Position numbers and translations under genes: made by a program
Part shown: positions 39,983 to 49,492 of the stretch, piece by piece
Numbering within the stretch: the stretch's first letter is position 1
How the letters are laid out: each line of letters starts with the position of its first letter
IMG/VR virus record: IMGVR_UViG_3300045988_068596
DNA from: a virus
Length of the DNA stretch: 64,000 nt
Strand: one strand, 5' to 3'
Notes under the pieces: generated by a model
Database searches by the model: none
Seen by the model: only the letters and a program-made list of their open reading frames with translations
What the model was told of the DNA's origin: nothing

Positions 39983-41230
39983 TTGGCAAGAAAAAGACAA
40001 AGTGAAACAGTAGAAGCAGGTACAATTGATTTAACAAAAGAATTGGGCTTAACTTCTTTTAGAGATACAAAATTTTCTAGTGTAGCAGACCGACTACCTA
40101 CAATGATTCCTCAGTTAGACTACATCTTAGGCGGAGGACTTCCATTTGGACGTATGGTAGAGGTTATCGGAAAGAACTCTAGTGGTAAGTCTACTTTTGC
40201 AGTACACCTTACTAAAATTGCTCAGCTATTGAAGGTGCCAACATTGTGGATTGACGTAGAGGGAACTGCCGACCCTGACCGTTTAGCCGAACTGGGAGTA
40301 AACCCCGATGCAGGGGATGTATTCATGGTAGAGCCTGCTTTGAAAAAAGATGGTACTAAGGATACAATGACTGTAGAACGGGTAGCAGAAGAGCTACAAC
40401 GTATCTTACCAGTAATTAATAAGACAGGTAAACCTATTTTAATTATCTGGGATTCCGTAGCACAGACTGCCGCTGAAAAGGAAATTGAACGTGGTGTAGG
40501 TAACCAACAACCGGGTATTAAAGCTAAAGCAATGGCACAATTCTCACAAATCATTGCACCTTTAATGACTAACTCAAAAGCATTATTTGTTGCAATTAAC
40601 CAAGCTCGTGATGAGATGGGTAGTATGTTCGGAGGTATTGATTCTCCGGGAGGACACGCACTTCACCACTGGGCTAGCTTACGACTAGAAGTCCAAAAAG
40701 CAAGTAAGATTGAAAATAGTGAAGTAAACGCCTTTGGTGTAGAAGAGAAGTCCTATATCGGACACATCATGCGTATTAAGACGTTAAAATCTAAAGTATC
40801 TAGACCACAGCAAAAAGCTGAAATGTACCTAATGGCTGATTCCGGTTTAGACCTTGAAGAAAACATCTACCGTGCATGTTTCGCAACTAATAAGCAATAT
40901 GGATTTATTAGCGGTGGTGCATGGAAAGCTTACACAACAGATTCAGGTCAAGAAATCAAGTTTAATTCTGAAAAGAATTGGGTAGACTTCTTGAAATCAG
41001 AAGAAGGGCAACCTGTACGTGATGAACTATTTGCTAAAATGATGGCTCGTAGTTTCCCTAATGGATATGCACCTTATAAAAATGAAGAGATTGACATTTG
41101 TCAAATACCATTATACAAATACGTTAAAGATTACATGGAAACTCATAAAGAAGAAGCACAACCTGTAGAAGAGCAAACAGCTCCTGTATCTGCAACAGAT
41201 GTTTCAGACTTATTAGACCAAATTAAGTAA
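39983..41230 (+). CDS. RecA/UvsX-like recombinase.
   Basis: Walker A 'GKNSSGKST' and Walker B 'LIIWDSVAQT'. RecA-like length. Confidence 0.6.
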   Translation: MARKRQSETVEAGTIDLTKELGLTSFRDTKFSSVADRLPTMIPQLDYILGGGLPFGRMVEVIGKNSSGKSTFAVHLTKIAQLLKVPTLWIDVEGTADPDRLAELGVNPDAGDVFMVEPALKKDGTKDTMTVERVAEELQRILPVINKTGKPILIIWDSVAQTAAEKEIERGVGNQQPGIKAKAMAQFSQIIAPLMTNSKALFVAINQARDEMGSMFGGIDSPGGHALHHWASLRLEVQKASKIENSEVNAFGVEEKSYIGHIMRIKTLKSKVSRPQQKAEMYLMADSGLDLEENIYRACFATNKQYGFISGGAWKAYTTDSGQEIKFNSEKNWVDFLKSEEGQPVRDELFAKMMARSFPNGYAPYKNEEIDICQIPLYKYVKDYMETHKEEAQPVEEQTAPVSATDVSDLLDQIK

Positions 41231-41255
41231 GGGGCGTTATGCCCCTTTTTATAAG
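41231..41255 (+). terminator. Rho-independent terminator.
   Basis: aggggcgttatgcccct followed by ttttat. Confidence 0.7.
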
Positions 41256-41272
41256 AGATGGAGGAAACCTAA

Positions 41273-41647
41273 TTGCGTAAAACTACACCAGTTAACACTG
41301 TACTAGAAGCCTTAGAAATGTTTCAACAAGGAACAACAACTACAGAGGTTCGTACGCCTATTTCTTTACAATCTGTACGTAAACGTTTCTTAGATGCTAA
41401 AGAAGCAGGAAAACGTGTATTGATTGAAAACTCTGATTTAAGTAGTGCAAACTCTGTTGTTGTTGATATTGACTATGTGGGTAGCCGTTGGTGCTTAGGT
41501 TATCAAAAAGTATTATACTTTGGAGAAGAGATACGCATTCCTCATACTATACACTTTTGCGATGTATATGGGGCTTACGGTAACGAAGCACAAAGAAGTA
41601 AACGGCAAGTGAAAATCATTTTTGAAGGAGAGAACCCTTTTGAGTAG
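41273..41647 (+). CDS. Hypothetical protein (124 aa).
   Basis: TTG start with RBS gatggaggaaa. Confidence 0.35.
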   Translation: MRKTTPVNTVLEALEMFQQGTTTTEVRTPISLQSVRKRFLDAKEAGKRVLIENSDLSSANSVVVDIDYVGSRWCLGYQKVLYFGEEIRIPHTIHFCDVYGAYGNEAQRSKRQVKIIFEGENPFE

Positions 41648-42257
41648 AGACCTTAACAAAGAGGAACGTGAGATTAGAAACGGAAATCGTTTCATTACTG
41701 AGGTTCACGGTAAGGGGGTCTTTCCACGAGATGTTGATAGACTGTACCACCGTTATGCCAACTTACGTTACAAGGTCTATAACACTCATAAAGACTCTTT
41801 TCGAAGTGAAGCCTCACGAAAAGAACTAAGAAGTTATATTGATGAACAATTTATCAAGTTAACGAAAGAATATGATATTAACGGAGAAGTTGATTTTCCG
41901 GGATATATCAAAAAGGCTCTTAATCTAAGAGTTAGACATAGCTTTGTGAAAGGACGTTTTCGTGATAGTGCTCGTGAACGTCTGGGAGCAGAGGACAACG
42001 AGATTGAAACATTACTGGGAACAGACACCTCTTCTCAGGAAGCAATTGAAGATGCTGAACTAATTGATGATTTACTATCTAAAGCGAAGTTTAGCCCTGT
42101 AGAACTAGCTGTATTCAGCTACTTGCTACGAGGTAAGGTAAAAGATGCTAATATCATTAAAGAGGTGTCAGCGAAGTATAAAGTGTCTCAAAAGTCCGTT
42201 AGAGATGCAATCAAAAACGTGCGGGAGTACGTTGCGTTAAATCTTAAAGACCGATAG
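41640..42257 (+). CDS. Sigma-70-family sigma-factor-like protein (regions 2 and 4).
   Basis: C-terminal HTH 'VSQKSVRDAIKNVREYV'. TTG at 41640 after RBS gaaggagag. Confidence 0.45.
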   Translation: MSRDLNKEEREIRNGNRFITEVHGKGVFPRDVDRLYHRYANLRYKVYNTHKDSFRSEASRKELRSYIDEQFIKLTKEYDINGEVDFPGYIKKALNLRVRHSFVKGRFRDSARERLGAEDNEIETLLGTDTSSQEAIEDAELIDDLLSKAKFSPVELAVFSYLLRGKVKDANIIKEVSAKYKVSQKSVRDAIKNVREYVALNLKDR

Positions 42258-42266
42258 AATTAGTTA

Positions 42267-42320
42267 AAATCCTCCTTGTGTGTATGCTATATTAGCAGTA
42301 GAAACACAAAGGAGGATTTT
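42267..42320 (+). promoter_or_regulatory. Inverted repeat whose 12 perfectly pairing bp (aaaatcctcctt / aaggaggatttt) are extended by imperfect pairs. The loop contains the extended -10 TGcTATATT. The downstream arm contains the holin RBS.
   Basis: Left arm 42267-42283, right arm 42305-42320. The start codon lies 5 nt after the arm. Confidence 0.45.
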
Positions 42321-42325
42321 TGTAA

Positions 42326-42603
42326 TGGAAGAACAAAACAACACTGGCAAATACGCTCCATTTATTCGACTAATTGTAATGGGTATCTCCTTCGTGGCTA
42401 CTGGTTTAACAACTATGTTTGGTTGGGAACCACTACCTTTTACAGACGAACAAATGAACCAAGGTTTAATGCTTGTACTTTCTGTTGGACTTGCTATCTA
42501 TAACTGGTACAAGAACAACGCTGTTACTAAGTACGGTAAAGCTAAAGAGCAAGCAGGTAAAGAAGTTGTCGGAACTCGACAAGACTTCAAACAACAAGGC
42601 TAA
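42326..42603 (+). CDS. Holin, SPP1/XhlB family (Phage_holin_1-like), with 2 TM segments.
   Basis: Two hydrophobic helices. C-terminal 'LPFTDEQMNQG...NWYKNNAVTKYGKAKEQ' resembles the XhlB/SPP1 holin motif W(W/F)KNNYVTKKG (from memory). ATG at 42326 with RBS aaaggagga. Confidence 0.6.
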
Positions 42604-42652
42604 GTTTGAGGGGGTAAACCCCCTCCTTAGTTGATATTAAAGGAGTATGACA

Positions 42653-43849
42653 ATGGAACTAACAAATTTAAGTGCTAAAACACTACCCGAATTAAACGGG
42701 AAGTTTCTTGTTGTAGAGACTCTATCAGACGGATACACAGGAACCGTAAACGGTCATTATAACTATGAAGTTGTTACTAAAGGTGAGGACTATGAAATCT
42801 ATCCCACACTTTGGAACAACGAAAAAGCGCAGTTTGTAAAAGCTGACGAAATGGTTGTGTATACAAACGGAGATACTGTATTCTATGTAACAAGAACAAC
42901 AAAAGACCCCTATAACCATGCTGTTATCAGTGAGTTAATCGTTGAAGAAGGAATGGATAAGGATAAGCGCACCCTTCAAGCTTTCCGACTATTCGCAGAC
43001 GATTTATTCTCTATCGGAAACTATAACGTGTTCTTAACACACCAAATTGATGTAGTAGACAGCCCAAATAACGTAAAAGTTGAATCAGTTTCCTTAGACA
43101 AAGAATCCGGAACATTATATGTGGGTGACACAGTAGAATTAACAGCAACTGTACTACCAGAAAATGCCACAGTCAAAGACGTAACATTCTCTGTTGTTCC
43201 AGAAGGAATTGCTACTGTAACTGCTACTGGTGCCAAGGCAACAGTTACAGCTAAAGTAAAAGGTTCAGCTAATGTTATCGTAACTACATTAGACGGAGAC
43301 AAAACAGCTCAATATGCTTTAACAGTGAAAGAACACGTTTCAGTTTCTGGTATTACTTTAAATAAAGAAGCTACTTCAATTGTTAAAGGTGCTACAGAAA
43401 CACTTGTTGCAACAGTAACTCCACCAGATGCAGAAAACAAAGCTGTAACATGGGAATCTGATAAACCTGCTGTAGCTAAAGTAGACCAAAACGGAAAGGT
43501 TACAGCAGTAGACGGTGGTACCGCTAATATTACTGCGACAACAGTTGACGGTAAGAAAGTAGCAACTTGTGTTGTGACAGTAACTGTTCCTGTAACAGGC
43601 GTTACACTAGATACGAATGCTATTACTTTAGAAATTGACGGTACACAAAAATTAGTAGCAACAGTTGCTCCTATTAACGCAACAAATAAAAAAGTAACGT
43701 GGAAATCCGATAAACCGGAAATTGCTACTGTAGACCAAGAAGGTATAGTGACAGGTATTGCAGACGGTACAGCTAACGTAACAGCAGAAACAGAAGATGG
43801 TAAGAAAGTAGCTACTTGTGCTGTAACAGTTAACCCTGCGCAAGCATAA
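42653..43849 (+). CDS. Surface/structural-type protein with an N-terminal ~140-aa domain followed by three Big_2 (bacterial Ig-like) repeats.
   Basis: Repeated segments 'VTLDTNAITLEIDGTQKLVATVAPINATNKKVTWKSDKPEIATVDQEG...TANVTAET'. Confidence 0.55.
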   Translation: MELTNLSAKTLPELNGKFLVVETLSDGYTGTVNGHYNYEVVTKGEDYEIYPTLWNNEKAQFVKADEMVVYTNGDTVFYVTRTTKDPYNHAVISELIVEEGMDKDKRTLQAFRLFADDLFSIGNYNVFLTHQIDVVDSPNNVKVESVSLDKESGTLYVGDTVELTATVLPENATVKDVTFSVVPEGIATVTATGAKATVTAKVKGSANVIVTTLDGDKTAQYALTVKEHVSVSGITLNKEATSIVKGATETLVATVTPPDAENKAVTWESDKPAVAKVDQNGKVTAVDGGTANITATTVDGKKVATCVVTVTVPVTGVTLDTNAITLEIDGTQKLVATVAPINATNKKVTWKSDKPEIATVDQEGIVTGIADGTANVTAETEDGKKVATCAVTVNPAQA

Positions 43850-43875
43850 TATACTAGGAAAAGAGGAATACTAAA

Positions 43876-44316
43876 ATGGCTAAAGAAATCGCAAATATTG
43901 CAGACTTATTAAAACCAAGCGTAAAAACTGTCGAACTAGACGGTAAATATCTTGTAGTACCTACCCTATCAGATGGGTATACTGGTACAGTACAGGGGGC
44001 TTATGCTTATGAAGTTAAGAAATCAGGAACAGACTACAAAGTAAGTGAACTTATCTATGATAAAGATAAAAACACGTTTACTCCTGCGGATGCTCCAATT
44101 ATCATGACAGATGACGATACAATTTTCTTCGTTACTCGTACGTTGATTGACCCTTACAACTACCCAGTAATTAGTGAGGCTACAGTTAAGGCTCATGAAA
44201 TTAAAGAAAAACAAGTACTTCAAGCATTTATTGCCTTTGCAGAAGACAGATTCAAACTAGGAGTATACAACGTATTCTTAGCAGATGACCCTTATATCTT
44301 GCAAGACAAAGCATAA
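43876..44316 (+). CDS. Stand-alone paralog of the N-terminal domain of the Big_2 protein (146 aa).
   Basis: Alignable motifs 'LSDGYTGTV', 'FVTRT..DPYN..VISE' and 'LQAF..FA.D.F..G.YNVFL' are shared with 42653-43849. Confidence 0.55.
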   Translation: MAKEIANIADLLKPSVKTVELDGKYLVVPTLSDGYTGTVQGAYAYEVKKSGTDYKVSELIYDKDKNTFTPADAPIIMTDDDTIFFVTRTLIDPYNYPVISEATVKAHEIKEKQVLQAFIAFAEDRFKLGVYNVFLADDPYILQDKA

Positions 44317-44364
44317 GACTAGTTTGTTCTAGTACAAAAAACCTGTACAAAATTTAAATAAAGT

Positions 44365-44424
44365 GTTGACGACTTACACCTCTCTTGGTATACTTAGACT
44401 ATACTAAATAAGAGAGGTGTTTTA
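44365..44424 (+). promoter_or_regulatory. Promoter TTGACG-17-TATACT whose -10 is bracketed by a perfect 11-bp inverted repeat acacctctctt/aagagaggtgt, followed by tttt.
   Basis: Inverted repeat at 44376-44386 and 44410-44420. The loop has a duplicated TATACT. It may also serve as a terminator for the upstream gene. Confidence 0.45.
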
Positions 44425-44426
44425 TT

Positions 44427-44663
44427 GTGGTCAAAGCTAAAAATCCTGTACAAAGACGTAGAGGAACTTACAACAGTTGTGATGTGCTAGTTGAAGAAGA
44501 GAACGGTTTCTTTTACTATAGTGTACTTAACTCAGATGGTAAAGAAATCATAGGTGGCTTTAGAGATAAAGGCTCCCAAGACATATCTACATTTTACAAC
44601 TACTTACTTAAGTTAGTAGATGACTACGTTAAATGTCCAGAGGGTTTTGTTGAAGATGTTTAA
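44427..44663 (+). CDS. Hypothetical protein (78 aa).
   Basis: GTG start after RBS agagaggtg. Confidence 0.35.
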   Translation: MVKAKNPVQRRRGTYNSCDVLVEEENGFFYYSVLNSDGKEIIGGFRDKGSQDISTFYNYLLKLVDDYVKCPEGFVEDV

Positions 44664-44925
44664 ACGTAAGAAATACTATGTAGTCCAACTAGTTGTTCAA
44701 CCAGATAGTAAGCCTTGGTACAGGTCAATACTTGTCCAAAGAGAAGACGGGTATCTGTTTACAGAAGGTTATAACAGAAAATGTCAGGTAGAGCCAATGT
44801 ATACACGTCTTGGTATGAAATATAAAAAAGTTTTTACTGAAAAAGAAATATGTGCAATCAACCCAGATTACATGTATTTTGCAGTGGAGGTGACCAAGGA
44901 TGGCAGACCTATTAATGATAACTAA
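44656..44925 (+). CDS. Hypothetical protein (~89 aa).
   Basis: Internal ATG of the track ORF 44620-44925, overlapping the upstream stop. Confidence 0.3.
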   Translation: MFKRKKYYVVQLVVQPDSKPWYRSILVQREDGYLFTEGYNRKCQVEPMYTRLGMKYKKVFTEKEICAINPDYMYFAVEVTKDGRPINDN

Positions 44926-45838
44926 GAAGAATGTTCAAGGTTATGTATTAAACTACTTACTTAAGCAATTAGCTGTGAAAAGTGAACACAACTACACTTG
45001 TGAGTTTTTAGATAAGTTTAACTTACCTGATATTAAAAATTATGCGAATAAAGCAGATGTACTAATTATTTCAGGCTTCCCTTTTTATGAGAGCCAACGT
45101 ACTACTGTGGATGAAGCATTACAGGTAATGAACAATCCGTTTAGTCAATTCTTTCACTTAGCAACTTTTGGGGATACCTATAGCAACGAGGGCAGTTTTC
45201 ATTCATATGTAGATGAATTAGTAAGCCCTGTAGGAAACTTCCCTAAAATAATTAAAGAACTAGAGAACTTCTTGAAATTTAATGATGTAATTCGGCACCT
45301 GCTTCTAAGTGATATGGAAAGTATCATCGAAGCAACCGATGCGTATAATCGTTATGAGGTAACAGATACTATTCTAGACTGGGTTTCTCTTGTAGAAACG
45401 TACAGAGAGCAGTTATACGCAAGATACGGAGTAGGTACAGACTTAGAGGAGATACTTGATAAGGATAAAACCTTAGTCAAAGCATTGCGGGAGAAAAAAG
45501 ACGATTATACCAAAAGAACACTTGGCAGAACATCTGCACAGGTAATCAACGGTACAGTCGTATGTTTTACTTACGCAGAGGAATATGTAAATGAGGTAGC
45601 CCATAAACTGATTGAGTTTTATCAATCGTACAACTATACAAAAGTAGCTGTCTTTGTTGGACGACATACCAAAGGTGATGATATGTTCAGTATTCGAACA
45701 GCAGGTATAGATGCGGGAGAACTTGCCTATAAGGTAAACAGAGGTAGAGGAAAACCTACTACTGCAACTGTTTTCTTAGGTAATTCAGGTCAATCCACAT
45801 TCAACGCATTACTTAACACACTTGCTCAAATTGTATAA
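44900..45838 (+). CDS. Hypothetical protein (312 aa).
   Basis: ATG start with RBS ggaggtgacc. Confidence 0.4.
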   Translation: MADLLMITKKNVQGYVLNYLLKQLAVKSEHNYTCEFLDKFNLPDIKNYANKADVLIISGFPFYESQRTTVDEALQVMNNPFSQFFHLATFGDTYSNEGSFHSYVDELVSPVGNFPKIIKELENFLKFNDVIRHLLLSDMESIIEATDAYNRYEVTDTILDWVSLVETYREQLYARYGVGTDLEEILDKDKTLVKALREKKDDYTKRTLGRTSAQVINGTVVCFTYAEEYVNEVAHKLIEFYQSYNYTKVAVFVGRHTKGDDMFSIRTAGIDAGELAYKVNRGRGKPTTATVFLGNSGQSTFNALLNTLAQIV

Positions 45839-45895
45839 CAAGTAAGTGTGTTATAATAATGTTAGGTATAAAACAATACACAGGGAGTGTGCTAC

Positions 45896-47179
45896 TTGAA
45901 AAAGAATAAAATGCTAGAAGACCTAATGAAACAATTAGATAACCCATACGTAATTGGGGCAATTATTGCAGGAACTTTGCAACATGACTTTAACCGTATA
46001 CACGTTAGCAAATATAATAAATATGCTCGTGAGTTTGGTTTAGACCGAGAGAACAAAGAAAGCTTAGAAGCACTAATTGAACATTTCGATTCTGATAAGT
46101 TATTAAAGGAATTGTACATGTCAAGTATTGCAGGAGAAATTAATGTGGACATGCTTCGTTCATTTAAAGATAAAACGAAAAAATCCGCATTCCAGACTTT
46201 ATCTCCATTCGTGGTAGACAACCAAGCTGTTTTAGCTCGTAATCGTGAGTTCAACAAGATTCAACGTGAGGGTGCTTACTTAGACCACTTAATTGAAGGC
46301 TTGAAAGAGCACTTATCCGAAGAACTTGAAAATACTAATACGCTTAAATATATTGAACCAGAATTACGAGTAAAAGGCAAGCCAAGTGACCGTGAAATGA
46401 TTCTATGCTTATCTGACTGGCATATTGGAGCATTTGTTAACAATATTGATACAGGCGGGTACAATTACGACATTTTCCGTGAACGGTTAAACAGTCTATT
46501 GTCAGAAGCTTTCCGTATTGTGAAAGAACAAAACATTCGAACAGTACATGTTTACCATATTGGAGACATTATTGAACATATCAATATGCGTAATGTAAAC
46601 CAAGCGTTTGAAGCAGAGTTTCCGGCAACAGAACAAATTGCTAAAGGGATTCGAGTATTAGTTGAAACACTAAATGTCCTAGCTAAAGCGGGTCTAGATG
46701 TAACATTTGGTATGGTAGGTGGTAACCACGACCGATTCCAAGGAAATAAAAATGATAAAATTCATAATGATAACGTTGCTTACTTAGTAGTTGACCAATT
46801 GCATTTCATGCAGGACTTAGGTTCTCTACACAAAAATGTAACTCTAATTGACAACCGTAAAGATGTTTACAGCTTCAAAGACAATGTAGCAGGTAAACGA
46901 ATTAAAGTAGTACATGGAGACAACGAAGGTAAGAAAGTAGACGTTAAGATTCCAAAACATATTAAAGAAGAAGTTATTGAATACTTAATCATGGGACATA
47001 TTCATACAACACGTATCATTCAAGAAGATTATTCACGATTCCATGTATACGTTGGGTCTCCTATGGGTGCAAATAACTACTCAGCAGAAAACAATCTACC
47101 AACAACAAGTCCGGCACAATTAATTATGGTCTTAGACCCTAAAGTGGATAGCCCACAATTTATGCCAATCTTTTTGTAG
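45896..47179 (+). CDS. Calcineurin-like metallophosphoesterase (~427 aa).
   Basis: Motifs 'LSDWHIG', 'HIGDIIEH', 'GGNHD' and 'GHIHT'. TTG at 45896 after RBS agggagtg; ATG 45911 is an alternative. Confidence 0.55.
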   Translation: MKKNKMLEDLMKQLDNPYVIGAIIAGTLQHDFNRIHVSKYNKYAREFGLDRENKESLEALIEHFDSDKLLKELYMSSIAGEINVDMLRSFKDKTKKSAFQTLSPFVVDNQAVLARNREFNKIQREGAYLDHLIEGLKEHLSEELENTNTLKYIEPELRVKGKPSDREMILCLSDWHIGAFVNNIDTGGYNYDIFRERLNSLLSEAFRIVKEQNIRTVHVYHIGDIIEHINMRNVNQAFEAEFPATEQIAKGIRVLVETLNVLAKAGLDVTFGMVGGNHDRFQGNKNDKIHNDNVAYLVVDQLHFMQDLGSLHKNVTLIDNRKDVYSFKDNVAGKRIKVVHGDNEGKKVDVKIPKHIKEEVIEYLIMGHIHTTRIIQEDYSRFHVYVGSPMGANNYSAENNLPTTSPAQLIMVLDPKVDSPQFMPIFL

Positions 47180-47191
47180 GAGAGTGATAGA

Positions 47192-47560
47192 ATGAACCCG
47201 ATTTACTTTTTATTATCTATCATGTATGTATTCGAGTTTGGACAAGCATTCTTGAATACGAAACGAAAAGAACGATATATGATTGAAGATGGTGGAGAAC
47301 CTCTTCCTAGAAGCTCTTACGTGTTCTTATTCATTCAATATGTATTGCGTACTCTTTTCGCAATCTTGCTTATTTTTATTGTACCAGAGAGCCTACAGTT
47401 CAACGTAGGAGGTATTACTGCCTTTATAGTAGTTTTGCTTATTATTCCATTTATCTCTCGGTTCATTGAAGTTGGTATTCGGGTATTGATTATTAAATAC
47501 TTGCAAGCCAAGCACATAAAACGTATTAAGGAACAAGGGGACGAAAAAGAGACTAATTAG
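47192..47560 (+). CDS. Small membrane protein (122 aa, 2-3 TM).
   Basis: Hydrophobic segments 'FAILLIFIV' and 'ITAFIVVLLIIPFI'. Confidence 0.4.
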   Translation: MNPIYFLLSIMYVFEFGQAFLNTKRKERYMIEDGGEPLPRSSYVFLFIQYVLRTLFAILLIFIVPESLQFNVGGITAFIVVLLIIPFISRFIEVGIRVLIIKYLQAKHIKRIKEQGDEKETN

Positions 47561-47604
47561 AGTCTCTTTTTTGTTATGTTATATTAAGTATTGAGGTGAA
47601 AAGA

Positions 47605-48249
47605 ATGAAATATACAGAAATCCAAGTAGGTGACGGACAAAGCACCTTATTAGATGTAAAAAGCAAACCTGCCTTAATTCGTAGAGGCACATTAACAATG
47701 AAAGTTAAATCAAGAGATAGTCTAATCAGTAAGGTAGAAGAGAAACCTGTATATATTGTTGAGCTAGCAGAAGAATCCTATGGTACAAGCGTTGTTTCTG
47801 TTTTTAGTGCAGTACAGGAGGGAAGCGGAGACCATGTAGTTGTTCAGAAGGCGTACACAGAGAATATTACGCAACCATCGTTTAAAGGCACCACATTTTT
47901 AGGTAAGGTTGCTCAAAAGGTTCATGAAAAGAGCTTAAAACCAAAACGGGTAATCACAACTAAACCCCCTGTTTTTTTAGCGCCTGTTGTCATGGGAGTA
48001 GATACTTTTACACAGGAACATGGACTAGGATTTTATGAACGGGAACCAGATAAATTTGTTATGAAAGACGGTCATCCTAGCATTGAGTATGGAAAGAACA
48101 CAGGAGTCTTTATTTGCTTAAACTCTATTAAGTGGGATAAAGCTTATGTCAATGCAGGACAATTGATTCAAGACTATGTAGCAGACAAACAACTATGGTT
48201 TAATCTGGGAGGAACTAAACCACAATTTAAGAGTGAAGTTAATCAATGA
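47605..48249 (+). CDS. Hypothetical protein (~214 aa).
   Basis: ATG at 47605 with RBS gaggtgaaaag. Confidence 0.35.
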   Translation: MKYTEIQVGDGQSTLLDVKSKPALIRRGTLTMKVKSRDSLISKVEEKPVYIVELAEESYGTSVVSVFSAVQEGSGDHVVVQKAYTENITQPSFKGTTFLGKVAQKVHEKSLKPKRVITTKPPVFLAPVVMGVDTFTQEHGLGFYEREPDKFVMKDGHPSIEYGKNTGVFICLNSIKWDKAYVNAGQLIQDYVADKQLWFNLGGTKPQFKSEVNQ

Positions 48250-48986
48250 CCGATAACCGTTTCTATGAGGCAGACATACAAGAGTTAATCTTGAACAAAA
48301 AACGTATTTTTGGAGACATCGGGGAAAGTGCTATTGTATTTGAGAAAGCAGTTATGAGAGGGAATACTATTTGTGATTGTTTAATCTTTACAGAAAAACG
48401 AGGCGTTATTGGTATTGAAATCAAGACAGAACGTGACTCAACAAAACGTTTGAATAAGCAACTTAAAGACTATGAAAAAGTCTGTGATTTTGTTTATGTT
48501 CTTTGTCATGATACACATGTACCAAAAGTGGAACAGATTCTAAATAGATACAATCATAGACATGTTGGTATTTTAGCTTATACGGAGTTCATGGGTGAAG
48601 CTATGTTAGGAATATACAAAGAAGCAACCCCTTCACCAAGTAAGAGTGCTTATCATATGCTAGACATTCTTTGGAAAGAAGAAATTCTAAAGATGTTAGG
48701 TACGTTCAGACATTACGGTATTCGAGTAGAGACTGCTACAGGAACCAAATTTATGCACACAGCTAACCGTAGCGGAGGTGTGAGTGGTCTTTATACGAAG
48801 TCTGCGACCGGTAGGACGATGCGAAAGCCAGACTTGATAAGAAACCTTATAAATCGTGTAGGGGGTGCTGAGGAGGCTACTAGGGTCTTCTGTGACGTGT
48901 TCATTCATAATAGACAGCATCCAGAGAAAGCTATTAAGTTAAGACACTTTAAACAGCAACCAATAAGGAGTGATAACAATGAGTAA
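48246..48986 (+). CDS. Putative PD-(D/E)xK-fold nuclease-like protein (246 aa).
   Basis: Pattern 'GDIGE...CDCLIF...GIEIKTE' (D...E-x-K). Weak call. Confidence 0.25.
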   Translation: MTDNRFYEADIQELILNKKRIFGDIGESAIVFEKAVMRGNTICDCLIFTEKRGVIGIEIKTERDSTKRLNKQLKDYEKVCDFVYVLCHDTHVPKVEQILNRYNHRHVGILAYTEFMGEAMLGIYKEATPSPSKSAYHMLDILWKEEILKMLGTFRHYGIRVETATGTKFMHTANRSGGVSGLYTKSATGRTMRKPDLIRNLINRVGGAEEATRVFCDVFIHNRQHPEKAIKLRHFKQQPIRSDNNE

Positions 48987-49482
48987 ACAAGGACTGCCTT
49001 TTGGTACTTGGGAGAACTCCGCAGGAAGAAACTACACAGGGCTAGGTAACACAGATAACGGACATAATAAAAAACGAATGTCCACAAGAGGATATTATCA
49101 TGTAGCTCTGACAAAAGAGTATAGGGGACTAACAGAGAGGGACTTTGAACTAAAACTTGAATATGGGAAAGACCTTGTTTCTCAATATACAGGTGTACCG
49201 ATTGACATGCTTGTTCTTCGTAAAAAAACAGAAAAACAAACACTTTCGTCTATAGATAGTGTATACTATGTTTGTCGAGGAAAGGAACCTATCGGTAAGC
49301 TGTCTGTAAGGGCACAGAGACGGTTTAAAGACCTTGGACTCACATTTGTATACCTAGAGAAGAACTACGCCCCTAAAGTGGTGAGAAGGGTGTCTAAGGG
49401 ACAGCGTAGCCTTCTGGGACAAACGAAATCAGATAAACGTAAAGCAAACCGAAAACAAAAGAAGCCAAAAACAACAAATTAG
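48979..49482 (+). CDS. Hypothetical protein with a basic C-terminus (~167 aa).
   Basis: ATG at 48979 with RBS aaggagtg. C-terminal segment 'KRKANRKQKKPKTTN'. Confidence 0.35.
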   Translation: MSKQGLPFGTWENSAGRNYTGLGNTDNGHNKKRMSTRGYYHVALTKEYRGLTERDFELKLEYGKDLVSQYTGVPIDMLVLRKKTEKQTLSSIDSVYYVCRGKEPIGKLSVRAQRRFKDLGLTFVYLEKNYAPKVVRRVSKGQRSLLGQTKSDKRKANRKQKKPKTTN

Positions 49483-49492
49483 GAGGACAATC

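Noticed and set aside
42276-42503. 75-aa plus-strand ORF overlapping the holin gene in another frame.
   Set aside because: It has no RBS and is Cys/Arg-rich and atypical. The overlapping frame (42326-42603) encodes a convincing two-TM holin with a strong RBS.
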